From: Haliotis rufescens
Lineage: Eukaryota
Direction of reading: 5' to 3'
NCBI RefSeq assembly: GCF_023055435.1
Contig: NW_025963890.1
Location: 57,288,001 to 57,352,000, forward strand
DNA: 64,000 nt
The notes under the pieces were generated by a model. That model saw only the letters and a list, made by a program, of their open reading frames with translations. It was not told where the DNA came from and did not search any database. The position numbers and the translations under genes were made by a program. Shown here piece after piece: positions 1 through 13,032 of the stretch (the first letter of the stretch is position 1; each line of letters begins with the position of its first letter).

Positions 1-525
1 AGGCCCGTATACAGCCTCACATATTTCCAGGCCAACAAACCTGATCTTGTCCTTTTTGATAAATCCAATAAAATCATTATTATCATTGAATTTTCTGTCC
101 CTTTTGACACTAATGTGATTGACAAGATTAAGAAAAAACAAGGTTAATCTGCAGACATCGCTTTCGAAATATCTCGCTTGCATCCCAAGTACCAAGTTGT
201 CCGACTCCCAATTGTTCTCGGTGCCTTAGGTTTGGTACCTCCGAATCTGTAGACTGACATTGGGAGAGTACCAGGAATACAGCCCTTCTGACAATCTAGG
301 TAATGCAGAAGGTTGCAGTGTTGGGGAGTCTTCACATTCTACCAACAGTTCTGGGTGGGTTTGACTAGGCAGCGCTTCCTGGGAGAAGTCCCATTCGCTG
401 TCTGGGCTGCGTGTGGAGGGGGCAAGGGCCCTGAACTGATGATGAGCGTAGCCAGCCTGACTGTGCCAGGATCACCCAAACCCTCTTTGCTGCATTTTTT
501 TTTATCTTAATCTGTACATAATAAT
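1..525 (+). mobile_element. 3' end of a decayed R4/Dong-like non-LTR retrotransposon (restriction-like endonuclease domain plus 3' UTR)
   Basis: Frame 1 reads ANKPDLVLFDK..IIIIEFSVPFDTNV..K..*..EISRL..PIVLGALGLVP. After a frameshift it reads MQKVAVLGSLHIL, the C-terminal pattern of R4-clade REL endonucleases. In-frame stops are present; the element ends in a TAA-rich tail. Confidence 0.8.
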
Positions 526-1028
526 CATTTTAAAAATATAATTACAAATAATGCCGAACATGATGGATTCTACATTAAAATATACTTATATTTAATATAT
601 AAAATAGGTTTAGGATGTTTGACGTTTCAGTGATCAATATTGATACTGATATAATATGACCAGTCTGCTATGTATTGTGTTACATGAGCAAAGGTGGGTA
701 AACAGTGCACAAACACTCTTAAGTATTCTTGTATCGATCAATAAACCTTACAAACTGACTGGATCTTGAATTAAGGCCAGAGTGAAATGAGGCATTTTTT
801 TTATCGAGACATTGATTGTGAATTTTGTTGGTTTAAACCGTTTCTAGTATTATTCATGTCACATCTAAAGCGGATGATACACCTAAGAGATGCACATGCT
901 GGCAATCAAACCCGACTCTCTTGAGGGAACATTCTACCCACGATGCTACTCACAGCCCATGTATAACTGAATTTCCAAGCGTTTCATCGAGGCATTAATG
1001 TTATTACATAATCGTTTTCAACTTTTGC

Positions 1029-1189
1029 GGCTCGCTGACTTGGTTAATTCGTGTCATCGTATCCCAGATCATGCGTAGATCGATGCTCATGTTGTCAATC
1101 ACTGGATTGTCTGGCTCAGACTCGATTATTTACAGACCACCTCATATAGCTGGAATATTGCTGAGTGCGGAGTTAAACAACAAACAAAA
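1029..1189 (+). mobile_element. SINE-like family B, 5'-truncated copy
   Basis: Matches the reverse complement of the copies at 32525-32776, 39372-39643 and 61730-61974; ends in GCTGGAATATTGCTGAGTGCGGAGTTAAAC plus a CAAA tail. Confidence 0.8.
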
Positions 1190-1671
1190 GATATATACTA
1201 AATGAAAAACAACGTTTTCTTGCAAAGTATATAAGGAGCTGCAATTTGATACTAACTCATTGATTAAGAATTACATCTACTGTTTGTCATAAAGTGAAAC
1301 GTGCTAAGACTTGCGTTCGAGTGCACTGTCCGAAATAGGTAGGAGTGAGCAACGTGACTGAAATGAGACCAGATTGATATTTGATACATCGACTATTTTG
1401 CAAAATCCTAGATTGTACATACCTGATGAAAGGATGATTGTCATGTTATCTGAGCGTCTCTATGCTTAAAAAAAGACGTAAAAGTAATCATTTACATCCA
1501 TTCTGTACATTTATTTCTGTATATGCATTTACTTACAAATAACTCTGTGATTGTTTTTTTATAAACTTTTCCAGTTCAAATGACATTCAGCTTTTTAACT
1601 GTTCCGTTTCTTTGTGACTGTATTAAGAGGAGCTCCATTTACTCTCGATATCGGTTAAACCGATTTAACGT

Positions 1672-2010
1672 CATAATCCTGACATAATTCGAATCATAAA
1701 TATGATTATATATCGGTACTGTGCTTGTGTCGAACTGACTTAAAATCCCGATAGAATCCTAATCACAGTATGGTTATATATCGGCACTCCGCTTGTGTCG
1801 AGCTTAATTATATTCCCGACAGAATCCTAAAACACAAGTATGGTTATATACTGGCACTACGCTTGTGTCGAACTGAATTATATTCCCGACAGAATCCTAA
1901 AACACAAGTATTATTGTAATATATTGGGAATACGTTTGTGTCGAACTGACTTAAGATCCCCACAGAACCCTAATCACAACTATGGTTACATATTGGTACA
2001 CCGCTTGTCA
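1672..2010. repeat. ~70-bp minisatellite, about 5 diverged copies
   Basis: A (C/T)TTGTGTCG core recurs at about 1724, 1792, 1862 and 1935, with a partial copy at 2004. Confidence 0.85.
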
Positions 2011-2591
2011 CAAGACTGGATGTTCTCTGATAATGACATGTTATGTTAAGAGTGCTTCAAATTTTAAAATTCACGTAAAATGACGCACAGAAATGTTTAT
2101 TTAAAAAAAGATTGATGCATTGTCCCTTATCTATATGACGGTCTAAAATATGTCTAATATATGTGAAGATACTTATTAGGATTATTCATTTCAACACTAA
2201 CGAATTCAAACAACGTGAGACGTTTGGCTTTAATTCTCAACCTACAAAATGACAATGATTTCTTTTCGTTTTTAATGGCAGGCCTACACAAAATTTAGCA
2301 AGATTAGGGAAATTAGATTAAGTATTAAATTGAGAATACACGTTGTATCTAAATTACAAATTGGGAATAGATTACTCGCCAAAAAAAAGCCATGAAGACA
2401 ACATTATCTTGCATCATCCAGTTTTTGGTTGTGAAACGTTATATATTAAGAGTTTTGTTCAAAGACATTTATCCCAAATCAACTCTAAAAACATACATTC
2501 AATATTTAAAAATCCGATTTACATTAGTCTGGACGTATATAGATATAAATTTATTCTTAAAGACGCGCGGATGTTAGATTAACGTTAACTA

Positions 2592-2825
2592 CACTCCTGG
2601 GCAAAAGAAAGTATACACTCATGTTTGATGGTGTCTTAACGTGAAACAAACAAGATATGATGTATTTGCTGCGGGTATGATAGTTATGTTTTTTACTTTA
2701 AGTTTGCAGTGTTTCGGCGACTGTTTCCAGCCTTGTAGCATTTTGATAAAGTTTGTAACTTTTTGGTAAGTTTTGTACCTTTTCAAATCCAATTTTCAAG
2801 TGTATACTTTTTTTGCCCGGCAGTT
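2592..2825. mobile_element. Tc1/mariner-type MITE
   Basis: ~27-bp imperfect TIRs (CACTCCTGGGCAAAAGAAAGTATACACT ... AGTGTATACTTTTTTTGCCCGGCAGTT), flanked by TA on both sides; no ORF. Confidence 0.75.
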
Positions 2826-3029
2826 TATATATGGAAAACAACTCACTTTTTGCTTTTATTTTCAATTACAAGGAAATTCGGGCAAGATCTCGGTGGAGTG
2901 AGTACACAATTTCCAGACTGAACACTGCGGAAACAGCTGTCACGCTGATTGATAAGACACCGTGACAAAACATGTGTATAAATGTATATAATGCGGGCCG
3001 TGAGTGATGACGGTCATCTGTGTACTGAC

Positions 3030-3227
3030 CATTACGTAATGACAAGCATTATCTTATCACAGAGTCATGATGCTATGTTACTGAGACAATTTACAACGTG
3101 ACCGCCATCTTGGGTAATGAATGCCTGACGGTGGATGACGTCGGTCAACAGGGGGATATAAACGCTCTTGTTCTGGACACTCGACACAAAGACCTTTGCT
3201 TGAATTCTGGTTCAGTAGCAGCACACG
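3030..3227 (+). promoter_or_regulatory. Promoter and non-coding exon 1 of paralog 1
   Basis: TATAAA at 3157-3162; exon-1 sequence homologous to the other paralogs, ending at donor G|GTAAG (3227/3228). Upstream are palindrome CATTACGTAATG (3030-3041), CCGCCATCTT (3102-3111) and TGACGTCG (3136-3143). Confidence 0.75.
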
Positions 3228-4116
3228 GTAAGGAAACTTTTACGTAGACTCAGATGATATGTTCGTGTATCAAAGAGACTGTAATTTATTTGAATCATTA
3301 ATTGTGCATGATTCACTGAAACTGTTATTTATCCTTTAAAACCATGTGATGTGTTGGATGCAAATATAGCTTTTCATGGTCCTCGTCACTACTACCTCAT
3401 CGATATGTTTGTTAGTCACACATGAAACAGTGGAACATTGATTTTGATCGTTAGTGCGATTGTTGGATATACATTTTAACTTTTATTTCCCTTAAAACCA
3501 TTTGATGTATTGGTTGGTAGAAACAGATCTTTTATGGAAATGAAAGTTGACCACTATCTTGACCACGATCGTTAGTCATAGTTGATGTTCAATTTCATAT
3601 GCTTCATAGAGAAATCAGAACTTTATATATTTGATTTATATAGCGTAGGGAGTTGCAAGAGGTAGAATGTGTTGGTCATTCGTATTAATTTATTTATATT
3701 TTCGATCCTAACATGACAACAACCATACTTTTGTTTCAAAAGGTATAATGCAATACTCAACCTTATTATTCTATTTGTACTTTTAAAACCTAAGATTACA
3801 ATTATTTTAAAATACTTTACACATGTATATACATGTTTTTTTTCCTGGTTTCCTTTACGTGAAGAAAAGATTATCGACTGATTCTTATATTATACAAAGA
3901 GTGAATGAGATATATGGGCAAAGCGTTTCAATTATTTGAAATTGTGAATGGTACTTTCTCATTGAATCAGTCTTTTTTTGTATTATCAATAGTCCCTGTT
4001 TAGAAGATACATTTTAACTCACTCACTTCAACTTCAATAATCCATTTTTTCTTTTGAAATTCACTGATTTCAATTAAGTTACTGTATTATAATTATAGGT
4101 CCAACCTGGTCAAATC

Positions 4117-4761
4117 ATGACGACAGCAGTTTGTGTAATTATTGCCTTTTTGGCAGTGACCATACACGGTACGTATATACAAATATACCCAAAAACGTTT
4201 TGGACTTAATTTTAAACTGTGCAATATTGTCAAAAAGATATTTTTCTAAAAAGCTAGCAGCGACTATTCATGTTATATATCATTGATGTTTTCTCATATC
4301 GAATATTGACAGCACAGGGCATGCCTTCATCAGCTCAGAACAGTGTCGGGTACGATATGAAAGCCTCCAACGTCCCCCTCGGTAGCACCGTCAACGGCAT
4401 ACCACTCGCACCTACACAGCATCCGAGCCCGATGCCAGGCGCTCTCTTGTCCCATGCCAGTAATGTCTTCAATAACAACCACCCGACGGCTGCCACCAAC
4501 AATCAACACGCCAACAACGCTGCCCAGTCCCCCATGAACTATCTCCCGTTCATGATGGGGGGTGACAACGGGCGCAGGATGGCCATGTACAGCATGATGA
4601 TGAACCCAAGGCAGTCCAACAATATGATGCTCCCTTTCGCCATGATGAACGGCGTCGACAACATGTGGCCCATGATGGCTCTCATGAACAATCGCAACCA
4701 GAGAGGTGGACAAGGCTTCGACCCCATGACGATGATGTTGCTTGGAGGCGAGATGATGTAA
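4117..4761 (+). CDS. Secreted Met/Asn-rich low-complexity protein, paralog 1 (159 aa, or 166 aa with the upstream acceptor)
   Basis: join(4117..4168, 4334..4761), with an alternative in-frame acceptor at 4313. Exon 2 encodes signal peptide MTTAVCVIIAFLAVTIH; phase-1 GT..AG intron; AATAAA at 4902. Confidence 0.9.
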
Positions 4762-5124
4762 CCACGACCCTACGACTGTAATAATTTATCCATTTCATGT
4801 CACCTATTTATTGAAGAATGGACGTCCCAACTATTTCCGACCTCTGATTCATATATTGTATTTCAATTTAAAAAATGTTGCTGTATGAACATTCTCACTA
4901 AAATAAAGAGATTGCATCAATATGAAATTAATTGTTTTATGTGAATGGACTTTAGACAGATCTATTCAAAGATAGCATTTTATTTTCGACTACGGTACTG
5001 TTTCTACATATTAAGCAAGAAAGATGCATTCATATTATTAAAGGCCCCTTCACTCAAGACGCCATTGCCAGAGAATATTTATGAAGATATTCTCGATTAT
5101 CAGCCAAACAGATTCCATTAGGCG

Positions 5125-5345
5125 TAAACAGACAGGTAGACAGACAGACAGACAGACAGCTTATTCAGTAATTTAGGCATCAAGGCCCATAGTACAATGC
5201 AGATTGGATATTAACATTTGTCACGTGAGGTACATGATAAGATTATTATTATAAAGACACGTTTTAAAATACAGAAACAAAATAGATCATATCAGGATTT
5301 TAGCAGATTTTTAATTAACTGACGGTCTTTAAAAATACATTGCAC
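5125..5345 (-). mobile_element. 3' tail fragment of a LINE ending in (CTGT)n
   Basis: Its reverse complement matches 9450-9548 (…GGGCCTTGATGCCTAAATTAC.GAATAA.CTGTCTGTCTG); duplicated at ~14045-14265. Confidence 0.6.
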
Positions 5346-5663
5346 GTAAAAGGCAAAATAGTGATGAAATGTATATGAATTGATCACTGAAAATCAGTGA
5401 TGACACCAGGTGTATGTGAAGAGGGTATAAGCGTACCATTTTTTTCGTAGACCAAGAGGTATAAAAGAAGGGAAAAGCTCATGGTACCTTTCCCAGCTGC
5501 GGTAAAGTAGCGGTCAGTTTTTAAAATTCAATAAAAAAAACCCTTTATATCCATATGGCATACATAACATTCGCGGATGTTCGAAGTGGTGCACAGCACT
5601 GCTATCCAAATTAATTATTTGCTTTGTTGTTAATAGAGCTATAGTAGGGCTGAGTTGGAAAAA

Positions 5664-5810
5664 GAGTGAGTGATGTGTGTTTTACGCCGTTTTTAGCAAT
5701 ATTCCAGCAATATCACAACAGGGGACTCCAGGATATTTCACAGGTTGCACGCATGTGGGGAATCGAACCCATGTCTTCGGCGTGACAAACGCTTTAACCA
5801 CTACCCCACA
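5664..5810 (-). mobile_element. tRNA-derived SINE family A, diverged copy
   Basis: B box GGTTCGATTCC on the minus strand and the shared GATATTGCTGGAATATTGCTAAAA.CGGCGTAAAAC tail. Confidence 0.85.
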
Positions 5811-6444
5811 TTCCCTGATATAGTAGGAGAACATCCTGACACTATGGTAGTTATTTAGCTCCGATATGATGTATTTGGCAAAAGGCAGAAAATGTTTTAT
5901 TAAACTTTTATCACAAGACTAGGGCCTCTTCTACAAGCGATATTATACCTTAAAATCGACTTTCGACAGTCGTAGCGTTGAGGTAGCTTACTGGAACGTG
6001 ACTCTGGACCTCGTCTGCATAAACAGTATTAGTTCTTGTGCTGCCTGACCTTATGTGTGACGAGATAAAGGACCGACCATTTTTAGTGGGTATGAGTAAC
6101 CAGAACACCTTACCCTACACATCGTTTAAGATCATGTATCAGCACTATTTTCTTATGTTGGAACTCAAGTAGCTTCAAATTACAGGTAGCTCGAATTATG
6201 CTTGATTGTCCCAAAGCTTTGTAACTGTTGATCTTGTGCAAAATGTTAGGCTTATATAGCCAATATAAACAGCCGTATGTTGTGTTGCTAAACCAACACG
6301 AACACAAGGATTATTTCTAGTACAGTGTCATGTGACGGGTACCTCCGTCTATCCTTGTGACGGGCACCTGTCTGGGTACCTCTATGACAGGTATCTCACT
6401 GTAAATCTATGACTTGTGTCTCTGTGTTTCTTTGTTACTTTTTT

Positions 6445-7700
6445 TCTACCTTCTATATCTAGATAGGACAGCCTACATTTCTACCTCCTATTTCTATTTA
6501 GGTCAGCTTATATTTCTACTTTCTATATCTAGTAAGGACACTTACATTTCTACCTCCAATATCTAGTTAGGCCCCCCTACATGTCTATCTTCTACCTCTA
6601 GTTAGGTCCGCCTACATTTCTACCTTCTATATCTAGTTAGGTCCACCTACATTTCTATCTTCTATATCTAGTTAGGTCCACCTACATTTCTACCTCCTAT
6701 ATCTAGTTAGGTCCGCCTACATCTCTACCTCCCATATCTAGTTAGGTCCACCTACATTTCTACCTCCTATATAGAGTTAGGTCCACCTACATTTCTACCC
6801 CCTATATCTAGTTAGGTCCACCTACATTTCTATCTTCTATACCTAGTTAGGTCCACCTACCTTTCTTCCCCCTATATCTAGTTAGGTCCACCTACATTTC
6901 TACCCCCTATATCTAGTTAGGTCCACCTACATTTCTATCTTCTATACCTAGTTAGTTCCACCTACCTTTCTACCCCCTATATCTAGTTAGGTCCACATAC
7001 ATTTCTACCTTCTATATCTAGTTAGGTCCACATACATTTCTACCTCGTATATCTAGTTAGGTCCGCCTACATTTCTATCTCCTATATCTAGTTAGGTCCG
7101 CCGACATTTCTACCCCCTATATCTAGTTAGGTCCGCCTACATTTCTATCTTCTATATCTAGTTAGGTCCGCCTACATTTCTATCTCCTATATCTAGTTAG
7201 GTCTGCCTACATTTCTATCTCCTATATCTAGTTACGTCCCCTGCATTCCTATCTTCTATATCTAGTTATGTCCCCTGCATTTCTACCTCCTATATCTAGT
7301 TAGGTCTGCCCACATTTCTATCTTCTATATCTAGTAAGGTCCGCCTACATTTCTACTTTCTATATCTAGTAAGGACACTTACATTTCTACCTTCTATATC
7401 TAGTTAGGTCCGCCTACATTTCTACCCCCCCCCCCCCATATCTAGTTAGGTCCGCCTACATTTCTATCTTCTATATCTACTTAGGTCCACCTACATTTCT
7501 ACCTCCTATATATAGTTAGGTCCACCTACATTTCCACGTCCTATATCTAGTTAGGTCCGCCTTCATTTCCACCTTCTATATCTAGTTAGGTCCACCTACA
7601 TTTCTACCTCCTATATATAGTTAGGTCCACCTACATTTCTACCTCCTATATCCAGTTAGGTCCATCTACATTTCTACCTCCTATATCTAGTTAGGTCCAA
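6445..7700. repeat. 35-bp minisatellite, about 35 copies
   Basis: Unit TACATTTCTACCTCCTATATCTAGTTAGGTCCACC. Confidence 0.95.
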
Positions 7701-9060
7701 ACAGCAAACTTGGAAGTCACTAAACACATGGTCGTTAGTGTCAAGATGACGCAGCCCTGTCATATCAACTAAATGAGATGTTAAAAAGACCTTGCTCAAC
7801 TACGTGAAATTGGTTTCGTTGTTCATTTGTCATTAACTTGTCTTTTCAAGTGTCCGAAGTACTGTTGATATATACAATACAAGTATTTGACTTGAGTGAG
7901 TTAAATTGATATATATTATCAATTGCTTCAGAGTTTACATGTAATTCTTAGAAGATCATTGGCGCCGACTGTACTTTATTCTGAAATAAATTACACTTTT
8001 TGAGTTACATCATAATTTGTTAACGTCACGACGCTGTTCAAATTACAGTGCACTAACGTATCCTTGGCAACAACATTCTTTCAGTCAAGCAAAACGAAGC
8101 ATCCACATAAATTTTCGGTGAAAAAGTTTCTTCTTTAAACTTATCGAAAATTTGAATATTATTACCTGGGAAGAAACATGGCAAGATGATGTCAACTATC
8201 TCTCATGCCGCAGGCTTATCCTAACCATATTCAAACCACTGTGTACATACCACATAAGTCACAAAATTTCCGAAGGGGCGTTGGTGTTCTATGAATTATG
8301 TCCGTCTCTGGACACAAGCATGAACAATCCATGAAACGTTTCATAACGCAATATACTGCAGTCAATCAAAACGGCCGTGTTGCTCTTACCCTGCCATGTT
8401 AATCCCACGGCGACGCCACATCACGCCCCAGGCCGTCGATTAACGTCGGTTACGGTATCATGCAGCGCAAACAACTCCGAAAGAACGCTATTTCATAGAT
8501 TGCACTTGCTGCAGTCTGCTAACAGTAGTAGCGGAAACAAAGTTGCAACTTGTACGACAGAAAACACCCGAACTCACAATAACCAGCGACACCGAACTTC
8601 GGCTGTGTTTACATGCGTTAGCTCGGTCCAAGAATGAACTTTTGGAATTTTAGTCACGTTATTAAATTGAAGAAACAACAGCAAAGGAGTATGGATAACA
8701 ACACACGAAGCGGATAATGAAATGTGACCTATTTAAAAAATAAACTACCCCTTAATACGTGGACGAGCCCGCCAGTTAGCCTGTTCGAGGATTCTCAATT
8801 TACCTCACAGGGTATTACAGATTTCATTCCTCCCAGCTCCAAGAAAGCACAGTTAGTCTTAATATTCGGCATCTTAGAAAAGTAATAAAGTATGCCCTAC
8901 CCCTTGTGTAGTGTAATGAAGCATTGTGCTCTGCTCTCTTACGCTGTACATGGAGGTAGAGCAAACTTTATTTCTCAAATATAAGCGACAAATCACTTTC
9001 CATAAACCTTAGAAAAATCTGCTAAAAGCAATGTCCATTGTACATTTCTGACTATAACAT

Positions 9061-12032
9061 ATGCATGATTTTTATACATCAGTATCAATATGGTGCTTCA
9101 CATATGTTGGTCACAATGGTACCAGTTTAATGGATTATTTTGTTGCTTCCTTAAACTTTTTCCAAAATATTACCGATATGGCTGTACACAGTAGAACGGA
9201 ATCTGATCATTTACCATTTTTATGCAAGCTTCTTCACGCTTTTACATTTAGTGAGAATACGAAAGATCATAATTGTGATACAAGGAAAAAGTTAATATTC
9301 CAAGATTTATTTGGGCAAGCAATAAAGCTCAAACGTTTATTGACACTATTTTATTTATTTCTACGCCTCAAGCAACAGAGATTATCGAAAGTTTGTTTTT
9401 TTAAGTTTTGTTTATAAGGAACTTATATAAGTAAAAAACTTGACTTAAATCTTATCATGTACATCACGTGACAAATGTTAATATCCAATCTGCATTGCAC
9501 TATGGGCCTTGATGCCTAAATTACCGAATAAACTGTCTGTCTGTCTGCTAATTCCGCAGCAGTAAAGGCATGTAAAGCTTTAGGAATTTCTTCGAAAAGC
9601 GCCCAAATTAGCATGTTCAAAGTCTAAATCACAACTCGAATCGTTTGATCATGAGTGTCAGTTAATAAAATATGACGTACAGGCTTTTACACAAGTTGCG
9701 TGCCCATAAAAGTTGTTTTGGAAAAAAATTTGCAAATTATTTTGGCGAAATATAAAGCCATTACTCAGTAAAAAATGAAAATGACTACACTATCTCCCTG
9801 AACAGTCGGTATTCATATTTTGAGAAGTTATCAAATGTTCAGTGTGTAGTGAATTTGATAAAAAACAAAAGTAGCGGAATTTTTAAGAGACCATGATTTA
9901 GACACTTGTGTTGAGTGCAACAATGAATTATTGTCAGGGGAAATTACAGTAATTGAAGTAGTTGTAAATTCTTTGAATGGTTTGTCTCCCTTACTTGAGA
10001 GTATTAATTCTATTATGGATAAGGGTATATTCCCGGATGATTGAAATGTTAAAGTAATGATACTTTCATTTAAAAAGGAAATAGGAATAGGAGTGATCTA
10101 AACAATTACAGGGGAAAATCTTTACTTCATATGACGGGAAAATATTTTAAATCAATAATTGAGTCGAGACTGCGATATTGGTCAGAATTAAATAAATTGA
10201 TAGTCGAGCCCCAAGTTGGGTTTAGAATGGAATTTTCAACGATATATAATATCTTTGTCTTGCATTCACTTGCTCTGAAATATCTACGTAAGCCTAAACA
10301 TCATTTTTATGCAGCATATATTGACTTCCGTAAAGCCTTTGATAAAGTTGATAGGAATAAGTTGTTATATATGTTATTACTGAAGGGTATTCATGGCAAA
10401 ATGTATAATGTCTTAGAAAGCATGTACATAAATGCGTGTGCTTGTGTTTGTTTAGGAAACAGATATTTTTTCAACGCCATGCGGTGTTAGACAAGGCTGT
10501 GTGCTTAGTCCTGTACTTTTCATATATTGTTTTCATTAACCAGTTGGCTACTGATGTGGTGGAAAGTGAAACGAATGGTGTCTTTGTAAATGACATGATT
10601 GAGGCCATCAAGATATAGTTGTTTGAAGTCAGATTCCGCTGTTGACATATATAATTAAGCCATTAGCATTAGAATGTTCCGGAAGTGGAATATAGAGGTA
10701 AATTAAAAAAAAAAAAACATATGTAAAAAAGGCGGTTATGTTAACCGTGTAGAAAAATAGTTTTATGGCAATGAATGAATGAACATAGTATCTTATTGTG
10801 AATGTCTAGTATTAGTATGATTAGTATGGTCAAAGCTTGTTTGACATAAGCTGTACAGGCGAAGAAAGCATGTTTTCAAATATATAATCTTATCAGGAAT
10901 TGTTTCTACTTTTGATGCAAACTCCTTCCGCATGCTATCGCAGTTAGATCTGGGGATACACTTGTAAGGAAAGTGTTGAAAAAATATACTGATTTTTTCA
11001 AAAGATTCGTTTTACTTTGTAAACGCACATCAACCAATGTTGTTCTTCGGGAAGTGGGGGTATATTCATTGTGTGTTAGGTATTTCTGTCGATGTATAAG
11101 GTATTGGTGTAGGTTGGTGCGTGTCCTCGAACTTGCTATGACATGCTAAAAGTACATGTATATGTGGATAATAGAGAAGTAAACTGGGCGTCACATGTTA
11201 AAATGTTGTTATTCCAAACATAATTCTCATACGTCTGGGTATCCTAGGTATTTGGGGATGAATGTTATTATGAGTAGCAGATGCATTGATATTCAAATTC
11301 AAACTTGGAACCAAAAGATTTATACTTCTGTATTTCTTTAACATTATTGATCGCATTAAACATTACTCGAACCTGAATTATAAATAACATCAAATTTTGA
11401 TAAATATCTTATGATAATACAAGCTAAATTTTGATGTCTATAACATGGTTTGAAAATTTTAAACGTAACGCTACCGAAAAACAGTGTATGATTCAAGACG
11501 CCTAATTTGTGATAAAGGTAACTTGATGGAGATCGAAGAAGAATATCATTTTTTGCTAGTGTGTCCCTACTACAGGTCAAGCAGAAATGTGTAGCTACAG
11601 ATATACTATCATAGTTATCCATCAAGAGAGAAGCTTATAGATTTGATGTCAACTAGAAATAGAAAAGTTTTGAAAGGTTTAGCCATTTTCATTAAAATAT
11701 TTAATGATATAAATGGAAATTTATGTACTTTCATTATATAGATACAGTATCGTAGATTTTCACCAGAGCAGAATCATACGGATTTGTAGCTTGATGTTCA
11801 CTTATGATATACTCCAAGCGATACTCATCAGTGTCAACAAGAGTTTTTAAAAGTCGATTGCAAAATTGATTGATTAATGTTAAGTGACTTCAAGGAATTT
11901 CTTGATTGATGTACAATGCTTGATGTAAATTTCTATATCACACACCATTGGCAATTTGTACACTGGGCCACTGGGACTCCAACACTGAAATAAATAGACT
12001 GTCTGTCTGTCTGTCTGCCTGTCTGTCTGTCT
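9061..12032 (+). mobile_element. Decayed APE-RT LINE (RTE-X-like), copy in unit A1
   Basis: APE C-terminal motifs (FTYVGHNGTSLMDYF..ESDHLP), RT motifs (NNYRG, Q.GFR, IDFRKAFDKV, GVRQGCVLSP) and a C-terminal EEYHF..VCP-like motif. Many frameshifts and stops; ends in AATAAA plus a (CTGT)n tail. Confidence 0.85.
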
Positions 12033-12534
12033 GCGTGTCGGTCAGTGTGATACCTGATGTTAGCGAAATGGTGAGGTTATCTTGCCTCGCCGGTGGCACC
12101 CGTAACAAACACATGCAAATACAAACAGTCTTGACTACGCATGCCAAGTCGTCACATGAACAAACACGGAATCATACCAAGACAAAATTAAATCCTTTCT
12201 TTTGTGAAAAAAACAAAACAATTTCATAAACAAATACTAACGTTGGCGCTATGTAGGATAGTTGAGACGAATATATGCACCATTTCTAATGCAACAGTTT
12301 ACTCACTTAATTGTCTATTTCGACGATAACTTAACAGTGTTGATTCAAGTATTCATAACAAATTACAAGAACTGGCAGCCCGGACGTGGAACGACTTAAT
12401 GTTACTCCACAGGAAGTTATTATTTAGAACTGCTGTGTAGATTTAGACTGATGCATGCAACATATCATTAGGGTATACGACTGGACATATGTGATACAAT
12501 GTAGCTATAGACATGGTCACTTTACGGGCATAAA

Positions 12535-12728
12535 ACAAGAATTATGTGATAACCAAGTCATGAAGACATGGTCACTTGACAACTTACAACATGTACATCA
12601 TGTAGACGGGTAATGTATTGCTGACAGGAAACCACGACCCACTGCAACACCAGCGGATATAAAAGGCCAAGTGCTGGACATTCAGCACATCATCCCTGGC
12701 TTGAGTTCTTGTTCAGAAGCAGCACAAG
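12535..12728 (+). promoter_or_regulatory. Promoter and non-coding exon 1 of paralog 2
   Basis: Conserved ~125-bp upstream block, TATAAAA at 12658-12664, donor AAG|GTAAG at 12728/12729. Confidence 0.8.
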
Positions 12729-13032
12729 GTAAGGAAACATCAACTATTTGTATCTTATATAGCTTCAGAATAAAGTAATACTAACCAAATATAATCTTTA
12801 AGTGTTTGAGTTGCTATCGCAATAATAATAGTAACAAATTCATACAGTGAGTTAATTTGTTTTACACCAATGTGAACAGTATTTTAGTTTTCGCGTCCTC
12901 TTATTGTAGGAGGAAAGCCCTTCACGTTACCCGTCTTTTGTAACGGTAATGGCAGTGAAGTAACCAAACTATTACTGATCTGGTTACAATTTCCTATTTA
13001 TATCATTTTTTCTCCCACAGAAAAGACGAATT

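Noticed and set aside
4270-4333. ORF-track starts for the paralogs (4270, 13273, 35697, 42832, 56785 and others)
   Set aside because: They begin in intron 2 or at an internal Met; the real start is in the upstream signal-peptide exon.
4330-4727. His/Val-rich and Ile/Met-rich antisense ORFs over every exon 3
   Set aside because: Shadow frames of ATG/AAC-rich coding sequence; no promoter or splice support, and conserved only because the sense exon is homogenised.
4795-4815. AU-rich TATTTATT motifs in the 3' UTRs as decay elements
   Set aside because: Expected by chance in sequence this AT-rich, and shared by descent among the copies.
8377-8637. Possible THAP-like or DNA-transposon ORF (SCSANNSERTLFHRL)
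   Set aside because: Key Cys, Trp and His residues are missing and the duplicate copy has a premature stop; too weak to call.
10131-10490. RT ORF as an active or domesticated gene
   Set aside because: Fragment of a LINE with many frameshifts and stops; identity with 19010-19369 reflects the segmental duplication.
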